From Octopus vulgaris (lineage: Eukaryota): DNA of 64,000 nucleotides. How positions within the stretch are numbered: the first letter of the stretch is position 1; every line of letters starts with the position of its first letter. The position numbers and the translations under genes were made by a program. The notes below the pieces were generated by a model. The model was not told where the DNA came from. It saw only the letters and a list, made by a program, of their open reading frames with translations, and made no database searches. Shown piece by piece: positions 1-14,685 of this stretch. The stretch covers positions 105,152,001 to 105,216,000 of the forward strand of contig OX597815.1 of assembly GCA_951406725.2 (NCBI GenBank), given 5' to 3'.

Positions 1-1065
1 TCAGGCAGTAGTGGCCAATGGAGGCACCACAAAGGAAGCAAAAATCGTGAGTGATGTTCCACAGGGCACTGTCTTGGGACCACTGCTTTTCATAGTAGCC
101 CTCTCAGATATGCCCGCAGCTGCCCGAATAGCGACCCTTGCTGGATACGAAAGTCTCGCAGAAAATACAGAACCCCAGTGATGTTGCACACCTCAGCAGG
201 AGTTGGACTCAATTTACAGATGGGTTGACAATAAAATGCAGTTTAATGCTGAAAAATTCCAAGCCATGCGCTACAAGCTTCCAAAACTGAATATAAAAAT
301 CACAGGGTACACTGATCCACAAGTGATTACAATCCCAGAGCCTATATCAGTAAGGGACCTGGTTATCGATATGAGTGATGATACCTCTTACCAAGTGCAC
401 ATTACCAGGATGGCGACATAGTGCAGACGACTGACTGGATGGATCCTGAAAACGTTCAGAGAAGGAAACTATGATGATCTTCCCTTTGCTAACTGCTCCC
501 AGGTATGGTCACCCAGCAGTGTAAAACTAACAGCGGACCTTGAAGAAATCCAGCGAAGCTTCACAAAGAAGATCGTCTCATTGCAAGAGCCCAGCTACTG
601 AAACAGCTAATACTCTATTCCCTGGAGCGAAGGCGGGGGAGGTATGTGGTAATATACGTCTGGAAGATCCTGGAAGGAATTGTGCTAAATTTTGGCATTG
701 AAAGCTACACTAATGCCAGAACTGGTCCACACTGCACAGTGCCAAATATCCCAGTAATGCCATTGTGCTTCAGGACCAAATACTGCAACAGTCTGGGTTT
801 TAGAGGACCACAGCTTTTTCATATTCTCCCAAAGAACCTCAGGCTCCTATGCAAAGTAGATGTAGGTGTTTTCAAATCAAACTGAACTTCTACCTGTCCA
901 GAGTCTCAGATGAACCTACCTCGCTCAAGAGGTGCAAATGAGAGTAGCGATATCAAACACTCTTATTCACCAAATGCCACATATTGGAGGCGGCTCTCAT
1001 TAATAACAGTGTAGTAAAACGGTGTTGCCCCAGGATGACCACAGACCTGTGCTGAAACTGAGAAA
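1..1065 (+). mobile_element. Degenerate CR1/L2-group LINE, RT domain to 3' end (family A), cut by the window start
   Basis: Translates across stops and frameshifts to SDVPQGTVLGPLLF, MQFNAEKFQ, RDL, VWKILEG and GPQLFHILPKNLR, typical CR1-like RT and C-terminal motifs. Homologous to 25800-27165. Confidence 0.85.
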
Positions 1066-1250
1066 AAGTAGAGATACATATATGTGTGTGCGTGTATGTT
1101 TGTGTATGAGTGTGTATATATTAATATCAATATAAACCAGTGGCCTAGCATATTGAAAAAATCTCAAGATTCAGAAAAATTATATTACATACATATAAGA
1201 GAGATGACCACGAGGTGGACATCCAATATGTTAAATGTAGACCCAATATG

Positions 1251-1293
<43 letters not shown>

Positions 1294-1299
1294 TCGCTA

Positions 1300-1456
1300 A
1301 CTGCAAAAGCTTTTTTTATTTCGTCGTGTTTCTTTCTGTTGAAGAGCGTAGGCCCGAAACGTAAAAGACTTTCTCACCTTCTCGAGTGTCAAACTAATAC
1401 ACCTACTTGTCGTTTATAAGCATGTCTTCGTTTTTTGTTTTTCTGTAAATTTCAAC

Positions 1457-1460
<4 letters not shown>
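1300..1460 (+). mobile_element. Short interspersed repeat, probably a Penelope-like pseudo-LTR, with a hammerhead-like motif
   Basis: Second copy at about 53490-53645. Contains CTGTTGA-A-GAGC-GTAG-GCCC-GAAAC-GTA. Confidence 0.55.
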
Positions 1461-1509
<49 letters not shown>

Positions 1510-1577
1510 CATACATATAAATATATATGAATATATATGTAAATATGTATATATATACACACATATATATATATACA

Positions 1578-1608
<31 letters not shown>

Positions 1609-1786
1609 GTGTGTGCGTGTGTGTGTGTACATGCTGGTATAAAGATGTGATATTCTTAATTGTTGAAAACAACATAACTGATCACATCACCAAAATCACC
1701 TTACGCGCGTAACTTAATACTTCAACATATGTATCGTATCCTACACGATAACCAGGGAACAATACGATTTCAGCTCTCAAATAGCT

Positions 1787-1800
1787 GTTTCCATGGCAAT
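1787..1800. promoter_or_regulatory. RFX X-box-like palindrome GTTTCCATGGCAAT
   Basis: One mismatch to the GTTNCCATGGNAAC consensus, in a unique non-repeat island. Function not shown. Confidence 0.25.
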
Positions 1801-2080
1801 AGTTATATAAAGTTTATTACCTGATTTCAATTTGTAGATTGTATAAGCTTGTAAGATATTTTGCGTACTCGCTTCACCAGCCCCACACCAGAAAGTTTTC
1901 AAGACTTTCAGTTGGTAAATGTATAAGACGTCAACCATTTATCACTTTATCTGGAAGCTGTCAGGAATTCACAGTGTATTTAGGATTCGAGTGTGCATTT
2001 ATGTACATGTATGTCTGTATCTACTTCACACATGCATGTGTTTACACACACACACACACATAAGTATGCATACGTATAAA

Positions 2081-2127
<47 letters not shown>

Positions 2128-2169
2128 AGAGAGAGAGATAGAAAGACATATATATATAAATATTTGTAC

Positions 2170-2212
<43 letters not shown>

Positions 2213-2941
2213 TATGTCTGTGTATTACGTCATTAGATACAACTTTAACTGAACTCTATCTTAACACACTCATTATGTACACATACAAACACACACATAC
2301 ATATATCTGCACATTAATGTATGCCAACGCAAGTGACGCACACACATACACACACATGTATACGCGTACATAATCATGTGTATGGCGAGTGTTAGCGTAG
2401 GAGTATCTGCGTGTGTATATGTATGTGTGGGTGTTAGTTTATGCGTGTGTGTATTTGCATGTATGTTTACATGCACGTATACAAGCATTTATACATACAT
2501 CTCTATGTAACTATGTTCCAATACAGGCTTGTACTTTTGCGATGTGCCTATCTGTTTATGAGTGTCTACGTTGGTGTTGAACTGATACTACTAATGTAAG
2601 AAACAATTCTTCTAAAAAAAGTGTTTTGAAGCAAACATCTTTGAAGAAAGAAGAGTGGAATCAGAGAATTGAAGGTAGACTAAAATTTACAAAAGCGTTA
2701 TCTTCACGTGTGTGCGCGCATGTTTCTATGTGTGTTCTTGTATTTGAAGAAAGTATATACGATATATATATATTCTTTTTTTTTTTCCGTCTACGAGTAC
2801 GCAGGATTACTGCCTTGATGGCTTGTAATCAATGACATCGAACTTTAGATGTTTTCAAATTCGATGATTATCGGTTCGTGTTTGTCGAAACGCTAAGCAC
2901 AGGATACCATATTGGGAGAACTATATAACACACATACATAC

Positions 2942-2995
<54 letters not shown>

Positions 2996-3059
2996 GCGCG
3001 TGGAGGTGCGGGTGTGTGTGCGCGGGGTGTTTGTGTTGGTGTGCGTGTATGTGTCTGAA

Positions 3060-3268
3060 AATGTGTGTTGTGTCTGTTTGTCCCCCACCACCGCTTGACA
3101 ACCGACGTTGGTGCGTTTACGTCCTCGTAACTTACCAGTTTGGCATAAGAGACCGATAGAATAAGGTCCAGGCTTAAAAACAATAAGTACAGGGATCGAT
3201 TCCTTCGACTTAAAGTCGTTTAAGATGGCCGCAGTCTAATGACTCAAAGAAGTAAAAAGTTAAAAGAT
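3060..3268 (+). mobile_element. 3' half of SINE family B
   Basis: ccaccgcttgacaaccga...atggccgcagtctaatgactc matches 51570-51770 and the reverse complement of 42345-42510. Confidence 0.75.
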
Positions 3269-3329
3269 CATCACCTTTTCAAATTTCAGACAGTTAGCTG
3301 TGTTTATCATGGAGCTTACTCATATAAAC

Positions 3330-3885
3330 TTTCCTACTCTGGGCACAAGGCTCGAAAATTTTTGGGTAGGATGCCAGTTGAGTAGATCGACCCCAGTACG
3401 TAATCGGTACTTAATTTATCGACTCCGAAAAAATGAAAGGCAAAGTCGACCTCAGCGGAATTTGAACTCAGAACATAAAGACAGACGAAATGCCGTTATG
3501 CATTTTGCCTGTCGTGCCAGCGTTTCTTATTTCTTTATTGCCAACAAGGGATTAAACATAGAGGGAACAAACAAGGACAGACAAAGGGACTAAGTCGATT
3601 AGGTCGACCCCAGTACGCAACCAGTACTTAATTTATCGATCCCGAAAGGATGAAAGGCAAATCGACCAAGGCGGAATTTGAACTCAGAACGTAACGGCAG
3701 ACGATATACCTATTTCTTTACTACCCACAAGGGGCTAAACACTGAGAGGACAAACAAGGACAAACAAATGGATTTAAGTCGAGTATATCGACCTCGGCGG
3801 AATTTGAACTCAGAACGTAGCGGCAGACGAAATACCGCTTAGCATTTCGCCCAGCGAGCTAGCGTTTCTGCCAGCTCGCCGCCTT
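3330..3885 (-). mobile_element. Three nested tRNA-derived SINEs (family A, MetaSINE-like central domain)
   Basis: Minus strand has A-box TGGCAGAAACG and B-box GAGTTCAAATTCC. The GCCTTTCATCCTTTCGGG-TCGATAAATTAAGTAC central domain is present in two units, and the head is repeated three times. Confidence 0.85.
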
Positions 3886-4597
3886 GGGGCTTATCCATAT
3901 AGTGCGTGCGTGATGTGTGTGTGTGAGTGTGTACATGCATATGTATGTACAGGGAAGAGAGATAAAAAATGCAATAGCGAGCTCGAGAGAATAAGAACAT
4001 AGGTCAAAGTGGAATAAAACAAAGTGTTCGCACTATGAAAATAGAAAGTGTCAAGAGAGTGTGAGAGTAAGAGCCTGTATGAAGGTCAGAACATAGAGTA
4101 AAAAATAAAAAAAATAAAAGTCATGATGCGTGAGAGAGGACGCCGAGATATAGAACAAATAAAATAGACGGTATGTCATACACACTGAAGGACAGAAAAC
4201 AGAACGGATATATACTCAAAATTGTGTGATAACTGTTGGATCGAGAGAAAGAAAGAGCCGGAAGTTAGAATAGAGAGTCGGAACATGATGGTGAGATTGT
4301 AACAGCTAAGCTAAATAAATATGGTTGTCTGTAGATTAATATACATCGATCGGTCTGTGAAATGAGTCACGAGGCTAGGTTCCTTGGGAAAGTGATAGCG
4401 TCTAAGCAAGACACGCAACATACATAAAATACCTTATTTTCAAATCTTTGAAGGAAACTTAAAATCACCCAGATTCGTGGTTACATGAAAACGTTGACAG
4501 CATCAAACTGTGAAATGCGTGCAACGAAGCAGGCACATACACACCGAGACACATGTATTAATTCTACTTAACTTTCTTTCATTCTCTCCTTCTCTCT

Positions 4598-4643
<46 letters not shown>

Positions 4644-4649
4644 ACATGC

Positions 4650-5527
4650 TGTTATCTAATGGGCGCAGAAGCATAACATGCAACTGAGCGAGAATAAGTT
4701 TGAGTTAATCCACTTTGGTAAAGAGGCTGCACTTAAACAACCATATATTCTTCCTTCAGGAGAACACCTCATTGCATCAAACACCGCTAGGGACCTCGGT
4801 GTGACTGTAGACGATAACTTAAGTTGGAGTGTCCACATAAAAAAGAAAGTCGACATGGCCCGCAGAGCGTGCTCCTGGAACCTCATAACTTTCCAGTCTA
4901 GAGATGCTCCAACCATTATCGTTTTTTCTACCTTCGCCCGCCCTCACCTTGAATACTGTTGTCCGCTATGGTCTCCCTATACGAGCCAGAATATTAAAAA
5001 GCTTGAAGCGACCCGGAGATCAATTACAAAAACAATGATGGCATGTCTGGTCTTAATTACTGGGATCGATTCGCAAATCTCAAACTGTATTCTCCAGCGC
5101 CGCCGAGAGCGCTTTATTATTTGCATGATGTGGAAAATGTTCCGACAGTATTGCCCAAATGATATCGGTATCACTTTTAAAATCCACCCAAGGCTTGGTC
5201 CCCGTGCCAGGCGTCCTCTACAGAAATCGTGCTCTGAGCACATCACAACACTAAGACAGAACAACTTCTCCTCAACTAGACCTGCTCTTTTTAACATCAT
5301 TCCAAAACATATAAAGGAGGAAAAATATTTCATAACCTTCAAAAAGTTCCTGGATGAATATCTCCAACAAATTCCAGATAAAATACCTACTCCTGGATAT
5401 AATGTTGCAAGCAACTTTTTAATTGAATGGGACTGTTGACTAAAAATAACTATACAAAAAGACATTACTAAATGTCTTTTTCAGGCCAGTGTAGCCGAAA
5501 CCTAAGTACCTAAGTACCTAAGTACCT
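4650..5527 (+). mobile_element. 5'-truncated CR1/L2-group LINE (RT thumb and C-terminus) with a (CCTAAGTA)n tail
   Basis: ORF 4678-5439 has RDLGVTVDDNLSWSVHI, RPHLEYCCPLWSPY and ALFNIIPKHIK. An 8-bp tandem tail is at about 5500-5527. Confidence 0.88.
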
Positions 5528-5834
5528 ATACATATATAGACATACATACATAAAGTAGAATTAATATGTATATTTGTGTATGTATGTTAGTATGTGTATA
5601 TATATGCGTGTATGTATATATATGTATATATATATGTGTGTGTATGTGTATGTGTATGTATATATTTATATATATATATGTATGCATATATATATATATA
5701 CATATATGTATGCGCACGCACATACACATATATTACACATATATATACAAAGAGAGAGAGAGAGAGAGTCACACGCAAAGGAAGACAGACAGGCACACAA
5801 ACATTCAGGCAGACACACAGACATATAGACAGAC

Positions 5835-5941
<107 letters not shown>

Positions 5942-6548
5942 CACACTCAGACAGTCCTTATACTTCATCATGACAGGTTGAGTCGAACACACTTGACCGA
6001 TATCAACAGATTAACACAGAGACAGAAGCCAATCAGGATTAGGTAGACATGCATAAAATAATACACTCACACAATTTCATGATGATGCACTTATCAAATA
6101 TATATTTCCACGTTGTCACAGAGAAAGATAGGCAAATATAGTCAGAAAATTGGTGGAAAATTATTAAAGGACAGGAACATCCGTTTGTGCGTACACCCAC
6201 GTAGACATGGATAAACATACACACAAGCACGCATACATTAATACCTAAAAATATAGTCACTCATAATATTGTGTATATGTATCTGCTCACATCTGCATAC
6301 ATATGCACATTTATGTGCAATGACGAATGAATTAGGTAATCTCGTGGAACTTTATTTTGCAGACTGATTTCCGTTTCCGCTTTTAATGTTTAAAAATACA
6401 GTTGCGCAGTAAATGTCACGGCATAGGCACACATATCACAACAGCCGTTTCCACATTACTTTGAGAGCAAAAGATGAACAAACTAACGGTATAGATTATT
6501 AATATCTGCTCGCCATCCTCTGTCACTCCCACGTTCCCAACCAGACTT

Positions 6549-6596
<48 letters not shown>

Positions 6597-6738
6597 GACA
6601 CACGTACACACACACACAAACAAACAAACAAATACATGTATATTTTACTTTATTTTTATTTTATATAGTTTCAGCTCACGAGCTGTGGCCGTACTGGGGC
6701 ACCGCCATTTGCATGTATATATGTATATTTATGCATGT

Positions 6739-6784
<46 letters not shown>

Positions 6785-6900
6785 TGTATATATGTAAATA
6801 TGTGCGTTTTTGCATACAAACGCATCAGCACACGAGAAATAAGTGCATTTATTGGAAAAGAGTAACTCTCATTATACATGCATACATGTGTGTGCATGTG

Positions 6901-6995
<95 letters not shown>

Positions 6996-7569
6996 GATAG
7001 ATAGATATATAGATAGATAGATAGATAGATAGATGCACGAATATAAAAGGACATATAGAACTCAATACGTGATTATACATATATGCTTAAATCGGCAGAA
7101 AAGTTACAAAATGGAGTCGAATGCCGAGTGTTTTGTATATGGTACCATCCATTAATGTCTATATTCGCATGTTAAATTTTGTACACGTGGGTGAATGTAT
7201 ATAATTAGTGTATGTTCGCTTTGTATTTAAATGAAGTTTGAAAGTAGCCAATCTTGACAAGAGTTGTATTAGAAGCCTTGGTGCAAGGCAAACATCTGGA
7301 ATAATGTTTGATGCCTGGATGCACGTGCTAGATGTTACGGCGTGGTCTGGAGTTCCCTTTGTGCAGTTTAGCAATTTTCTGTATTCTTACACAAGCTTAG
7401 TTGTCTTTCATCATTCTTCCTAGCGTATTGTATAAGAATGGAAGAGAGTGATCTTATGTGCATGCCACTCTTTCTCACTATATGAAAACAAAATAACTGC
7501 GCGCAAGTCAAGTTTCTGCCTAGTCCATCGTCAATTTTGATAGTCGAGCTATCGTATTTAGATAGATAA

Positions 7570-7684
<115 letters not shown>

Positions 7685-7718
7685 GTAGACAGACAGACAG
7701 GCAGACAGACAGACAGAC

Positions 7719-7789
<71 letters not shown>

Positions 7790-8629
7790 AAACATATGCA
7801 GACATGCATATTATACTAGTATTCTTTAGTAACTGTAAACTGTACTAGCTCACATGCACTTACCTACATACATTTACATTCCAACAACACCTAGTTTAAT
7901 AAATAAATGAACGACGCATCTATAAATGTACTTTTTCATTAATTAACGAATATGTATAGCTCTTCTCTTTTAGTGCCATACATTCTCAGGAATATGTTAT
8001 AGAGAGAAAGTGTAACTTCTGGAATAATTTCTGAAATGAAGCTCTCAAGTGCGTAAAATAAAACTCTCAGATCGCAATATTATAGTCATAAATAAAGGGA
8101 AAGTATATTAGATAGTGTAATCCTATGCACCATTAACCTAATCCTCTGGTTGAATTACTGTGACTCAGTATGTGACAAAGCTGTCGTTTTGAATTACACA
8201 CTGTCTACCTGATAGGATTGCACACAATTTCCATCTCCCCAATTTCACTTACAAGATTTGGCTTCATTCAAAGCTGTGTCAAAACCAATATTCTACGCAG
8301 TGGGATCGAAAACCTAGTTAGGTTATGTTTTATTCTGGCTATCTTTACATATCTACGTCTATACACGAGTCTGCGAAAGAGTCTATACTGCACTAGAAAT
8401 AGCTGCCATGTCTCCCTTAGATCATATTGTTTGATCTTAAATAAAGGGAAAACAGAGAAGTTAATCCCACATGTATTTAAAATAATCCACAAGCATAATT
8501 AGTGTGCAAAATGTGTGACAAACATGTTGCTATGAATTATACGAATTTTACCAAAAATAAGGCAAACGTGAGCATAGCTTTTATTGATCTCTCCTTCGAT
8601 AGTAACTTCTCTTTCTTCTTCATTGCAGG

Positions 8630-9015
8630 CAATTAACTGGGTCCAAGGAGAAACAAAGTATCGCCATTGAGATCTTGAAAGAAGAAGGTTGCAGGTTGCC
8701 CGATATCTACTGAAGGCTATAGGGTGTTTACGAGGGCTACACCATTCACAAGAGCAACGTGCATAGATGAATGAAGAAGTATAAAGAGAAAATCATTATT
8801 GAAAATATATCACGCTGTGGCAAATCTCAACCAGTACTATTAACACGAATCGCTAGTGAGTGGACGAATTGATTCGCGCCACAACCTGTGAGATTGTTGC
8901 ACAATTACACTGTGGTCACGAAGACGATAACGGAAGACTTAGAGTATCAGAAAATATGTACAACGCGGGTACCTCAACAGATTATACTCCATATGAAGGA
9001 AAGAAGGTTGATAAC
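8630..9015 (+). pseudogene. Mariner (Tc1/mariner) transposase N-terminal relic
   Basis: KEKQSIAIEILKEEGCRLPDIY*RL*GVYEGYTIHKSNVHR*MKKYKE...VDELIRA...EDLEYQKICTTRVPQQI...MKERR resembles the mariner HTH domains and the WVPRxL linker. Confidence 0.7.
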
Positions 9016-9714
9016 GATTTGATGTTGAGTTGAAAGTGGCTCTGAAGAAGTGAGCACAACAGTACTCAACCGAATTTTTTCAAAGAGGATTAGAGTTGAA
9101 TTTAACAACTGTGCCAATGCATTGCTTGCAATACAGACTAAGTTAAATAGTACTTGTATAGAAAGGAAGAGTTAATTGACTAACAACTGTAGATTGAACG
9201 AAGTATGTCAGTTGATAAACATGTAATGCTCACTCGTGCATGATCTTCAGTATAAAACTCGTATAAAGTCTAGCATATGGGCTTGCACACAATTTCCATC
9301 AGCCCAGTTTCAGTATCAAAATTTCGGCCAATACAAAGTTGTGCAAAAACCTATATTCAGTATAGTGGGACCGAACCCAGATAGCTGCATATGACTGTAA
9401 CAATCTGTCACGCCTATGCTTTCAGATGTAGTTGGAATACCTTTGATCATAAGCCTGCCTAATCAGAAGTGATCGAAGTTTAAAAACTGTACATCTTGAC
9501 TCAATTTATTATTGTGCTAGAAAAGGAAAAGAAATTATTCTGCAAGGGCACGCGCGAATTAGTTCGTTATCATCTTGATACCATATGATACAAATGTATA
9601 GACATACGAAGTTCGATATATAAGCAGCTACATATTTAACTATACACACGCATGTAAGAGTAGACGAAGTGAATTTAAATATTGGTACACTTATACAAAT
9701 GATAATGTAGTCTA

Positions 9715-10640
9715 TCACAATCTCTTTGCCCTCTGTTTCCACCACTACTTCCACTACCATCATCATCATCATCATCATCATTAGCATCATCATCACCACT
9801 GTTTGACTCAACTCTTTCACACTTTCATCACAACTATCATCAATCACCACTGCCACTACTAATCCCTCTACTACGACGACCACCACCAACAACAACAGCG
9901 AGAGCCGAACGGGAGTATTCCAATCAACAATCACATCACTATCCCATTAATGTTAGTATCTACTTAAAAGCTATCTGCATCATTCAAAAACGTGACAAGC
10001 ACAGCATCATAACCAACACCACAAAACGCTACAGTGTTATCATCAACATCAGTAGTAGTATCAGCAGCAGTATCGACATCATCATAATCGTATCAGCAAA
10101 CAAAACACAATGTTGACAGAACCCTAAACCTAGTTTTTGACACCATCTCACCACCATTTATAATAATTTTTTCTTACATAGGCACAAGGCCAGAAATTTT
10201 ATTATTATTAATCATCTATACCCTGTTAAATAACTTAGCAGCCACCGACCTGTTTATCTATCAACGCTAAATTTAAATGGAAAACAACACAAGGAAAAAT
10301 TCTTTTCGTCAGATTAACTTTTCCAATAATTTTCTACATTTGCTTATACCGATATCTCTTCCAGAACTACCACAGCCACCACCACCACCACCACCACTAT
10401 CAACATAAGCATCATTACTACCCTCCACAAAACGACTACTACTACTACCAATACCTCCACTGCCACCAATATCATTACAATTACAATCAGCAATAAGATG
10501 TACCACCATTACATGCAACATTACTAATTCCTACATACCCCCACAACTAACGTTGCCATTACATTTACCACCAACATTACAGCAACCATCACCATCTCTA
10601 CCACAACCATTACTATCACCACAACCAAAGCATACCTTTC
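9715..10640. repeat. Low-complexity degenerate trinucleotide (CAT/CAC/ACT) region
   Basis: Read directly. No coherent ORF. Confidence 0.75.
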
Positions 10641-11104
10641 TGCAACGAACATTATTATCTTTTTTTCTACTGATATTTATTTTACCTTCAGTTTGTGTTA
10701 ATATCTATTTCTCTACATTTCATTTGTATATTTTTCTTTTCGGTTACTTCTTTTCCGAAAGAATTATCAAATGCTTACCATGTATCTTACCCATGTATGT
10801 GTGCCATGCAGTACAGTGTGTGAAGAGTTTGGTGTGTTTGCGTGATGTACACACTACATACATACATACACACATACACATTGCACATATGTGTGTATTG
10901 TACCCTTAAACACATCGCAAACACCACGAACACCACACCATACATTCACACAAGCACAAGCTACTACACACCTCTTACCCTTAAATGCTTTTCTTAACAC
11001 ACCACTTGACTCATTTAATGAACAATGTTCACCACACTATCGCACTCTGCCCCTCAGATCTCTATCTCACTTTCTGTTTTTCTCTGTCATATCTCTCACT
11101 CTTA

Positions 11105-11141
<37 letters not shown>

Positions 11142-11352
11142 CTTCTCTCCTTTCTTGACCATATAATGAATTGTTTGTAACAGCTAAGAAAATCTATACT
11201 AAATCGCTTTATTAGAAATCTTAGGGGCAGGTGAGACCAGAGGTCCGTCCCGGACGATGCTTTTATAGAGCTGTCACTGTCTGTTGTATAATCCTGTGTA
11301 GGAACCTAGGCAGCAAACTCAAAGGTAACCCAGACACCATACACTCAACTAA

Positions 11353-11408
<56 letters not shown>

Positions 11409-11414
11409 TGCATA

Positions 11415-11989
11415 TATGGGTACAGGATATCACAGAGAGTAAACAACATGAAGTACAAAAACAAATGAGTTGAATACGCAAACAACGAGAGAAACAAATG
11501 GAAAACAGGACAAGTAACATAAAGAACGACCCTTCATCAATCGTCAACTATGTATCTACTCTTCATTTCGAGAATTGAACGACAACATGAGTCTTTGAAG
11601 TTAATTGCTCCCACAAATAACAAAATAAAATTTGAGATTTATGGAGGGACAAAGCTGGGAACAAAAATAGGAGAGTAGTGACATACAAGGAAACCGAACG
11701 AAAACAAACATGGAGGGTCGTCAGACCAGAACGAGGGTAAAATAGCGAACGCTGGAGAAATATTTTCTTTGACAAGAGAAAAGATAGATGAAAGAGATAG
11801 GTAGGATACGTCCAGCCTCTAGGACAGAAAAGAAAGATGATCAAGTGGGGAAAAGAAAGACGGACGATGGACACGTGTGAGCAGCGAGAGAGAGTAATGG
11901 AGAAAGAGGGAGAGACAGACAGACAGATAGAAAACAGTGATGGGGAGAAAAAGGGAATTAGAGAAAGGATGAGAGAAAACTATAGGGGG

Positions 11990-11990
<1 letters not shown>
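11415..11990 (-). mobile_element. Interspersed repeat (probably Penelope-related), reverse copy of 15780-16420
   Basis: 11420-11640 is a diverged reverse complement of 16180-16410 (tgatgaagggtc-ttctttatgtt-...-tgttttccatttg). Family assignment is inference. Confidence 0.55.
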
Positions 11991-12024
<34 letters not shown>

Positions 12025-12204
12025 ACATTTGTTAATTCATTCATTTATTTATATGCAAGGAAAATACGGGAATATACATTTTCTTCTTGCCATATAAATT
12101 TAGGGTAAAACTATTTATTACCATCGCCTAATTATTATACCCAGCAGTATATTGGATAGATACTATCCCTTAGTTGGTTGGATTCACGACCTCTTTCTTT
12201 GAAT

Positions 12205-12308
<104 letters not shown>

Positions 12309-13261
12309 CATATATATAGGAAGAGTCGTCAAGACCATTCAAAATGTCGTTTTCTCCTGAAATGGATAAGGTTTCACTGATATACTAGGAACATTTCATA
12401 GAAAAATTGATATGCTACTGAAATTGTTCAAGGATGACCTGATGTGCAATACAGTATAGAACGGAAATAAGGAAAAGGGGTACTTTTACTAGAATAAAAA
12501 GATCTACCATATCGTGTTATTCCAATGAGCTTATCTCTGCAAAGTGCGTGCAGTATGATATTCTCTCTTGTATGATAAAGAACATGACTTATACTGTAAA
12601 TGCAACGTAACTATTAACAGAAAATGCCTTCAAATATATATTCATCAGCATATTTTATAACATATTATTTACAATAGCCCGTCTTATATACTACTTCCAG
12701 TGTATTGAACATATCATCATATTTCTATGCAACTGTTTGTGGTTATTTCGTTGAGCAAATCTCCGAAATACTGAATACTAATAATATATTCTTTATAATC
12801 GATTATTAAAGAAAGTACCCCTGAAATATACATTATATATTGTTATAATAATACATATTGAATATTGATTCCACTATATTAGTTACCCTACGTCGAATAC
12901 AGATTATTTTCTGAAGAATCGCAGACAATAGATTATTCGTGACAATTATCGTCAACTTGCATATCTTCTTTTCCGAACCACTACTGTGAACATCCTCAAA
13001 ACTATTTCACTGGATGTATTTTATATATTGATTTCAATAAAATTTAGTCCGCTTCCTGTGCTATCTACACAGTGTACATCATATTAACTATCCCAGATAC
13101 CATTTATTTCCTATTATATTGCATACAATATATTGCTCTCATCCCAGCAGATCATTTCAAGTAATATATACGCACTCCAATAAATTATTGTCTACAAATT
13201 CAGCATCAAATTATTTCCAATCTTACTATCTTATAGACTATTTAAAGCATATTATTGTTAC

Positions 13262-13440
13262 CGCGCAGGACAAAATGTTTAGCGGCATTTCTTCCAATCT
13301 CAAATGCTGCCGGGACTTAACTTTGTCTTCCATTCTTTCGGAGTCGAGAAAATAAGTAGCAGTTGGACACTGGAGTCGATGTAATCGACTTACCCACTCC
13401 CACAAAGTTGCTAATCTTGTGCCAGAATTTGAAACCAATA
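13262..13440 (+). mobile_element. SINE family A, degenerate
   Basis: ctttcggagtcgagaaaataagtagcagt...gtcgatgtaatcgact domain. Confidence 0.75.
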
Positions 13441-14319
13441 TTTCGAGTACATTTATCATACAACACTGGCCACAGTATCTTTTGAACAGTAAATCATAGT
13501 ATTTATCTAATAGTATTAAAGTTGCTGTAGGCATTCTGGTTAGATCCAAATGTACCTCTCCAGGTATATATTTATTGCAGCTTTTGGCTTTCAAATGTCA
13601 TGGGTACTACCAACAATACACTTCTGAAAAACTTATCAAACGATCAGTTTGTAATGGTTAATCAATAATATATTGATTACACTGTTGTACACCACCCCAC
13701 ATATATGTTAAGCCTTATACTGTTTTACTCATTGTACTCAGCGTAGTACTTTATGCACGATATCACATAAACAGACAGATCGTCCTTGTAAAACAATTGC
13801 TTTACAATATGAGACGGTATCTCACATTTTATCGATTTTTTCGGATATAGACCATACTAATCATATATGCGTAGTTTATTTGCATTACATTTGGATCGTT
13901 GTTTTACCATTATTTTGGGTGGCATATAATACTTTTATACTATAGTGTGCCACAGGGATACCCAAAACTTTGGAGACAGCGGTATTCAGCTGACTCTCTG
14001 TCGCGTTGAAGCAAAAGTAATATCGGAGCTTTTCACGTGATGCGTATCACCGGCGCATCAATTAGATCATAAAGAGGTTTTAGCACTGTCTTTTTGTTCA
14101 TTGTAAGCAATATATAGAACACCGGTGACGTAATATGTCACATGATATGCCACCAACTTGTCTTTTGCATCAGATGCTAACTGAGTTCAGCGAAGACCGC
14201 TGTGTTAAAATTCAAGGATACAAGCGTGGATTTTGATACAAGAGCAATTCTGTGTTTTACACAAAACAAAAAGTACCTCACTATGTTGCTTACAACACAC
14301 ATTGAAGATAGATGCGTAG

Positions 14320-14440
14320 ACATGGCTACGTGGTTAACAAACGAACATTCTTACCACGTGGTTTCGAGTTCAGTTCTATAGCGTGCAACTTGGGCGGGTA
14401 TTCGGGTGTTCTTTACTGTAGTACCAGTCCGATTGAATTG
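14320..14440 (+). mobile_element. SINE family B tRNA head, degenerate
   Basis: atggctacgtggttaa...gagttcagttc...cttgggc. Confidence 0.55.
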
Positions 14441-14465
14441 GTTTAAGGTTAATATGTACTAGGAC

Positions 14466-14508
<43 letters not shown>

Positions 14509-14509
14509 C

Positions 14510-14542
<33 letters not shown>

Positions 14543-14583
14543 CATGTATGTATCTGTCACTGGCAATACTTTTGTGAAAGAAT

Positions 14584-14618
<35 letters not shown>

Positions 14619-14685
14619 AACGTTCCTGGAGATCCTGTGAAACTAAGGGTAGCAGGAGACTGACTCGACCAAAATTAAGTTTATA

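Noticed and set aside
3330-3885. Repeated units with spacers resembling a CRISPR array
   Set aside because: Nested SINE copies of irregular length in eukaryotic DNA, with no cas genes.
8600-8715. Textbook splice acceptor followed by a protein-like frame
   Set aside because: The frame matches a mariner transposase N-terminus with stops, not a host exon.
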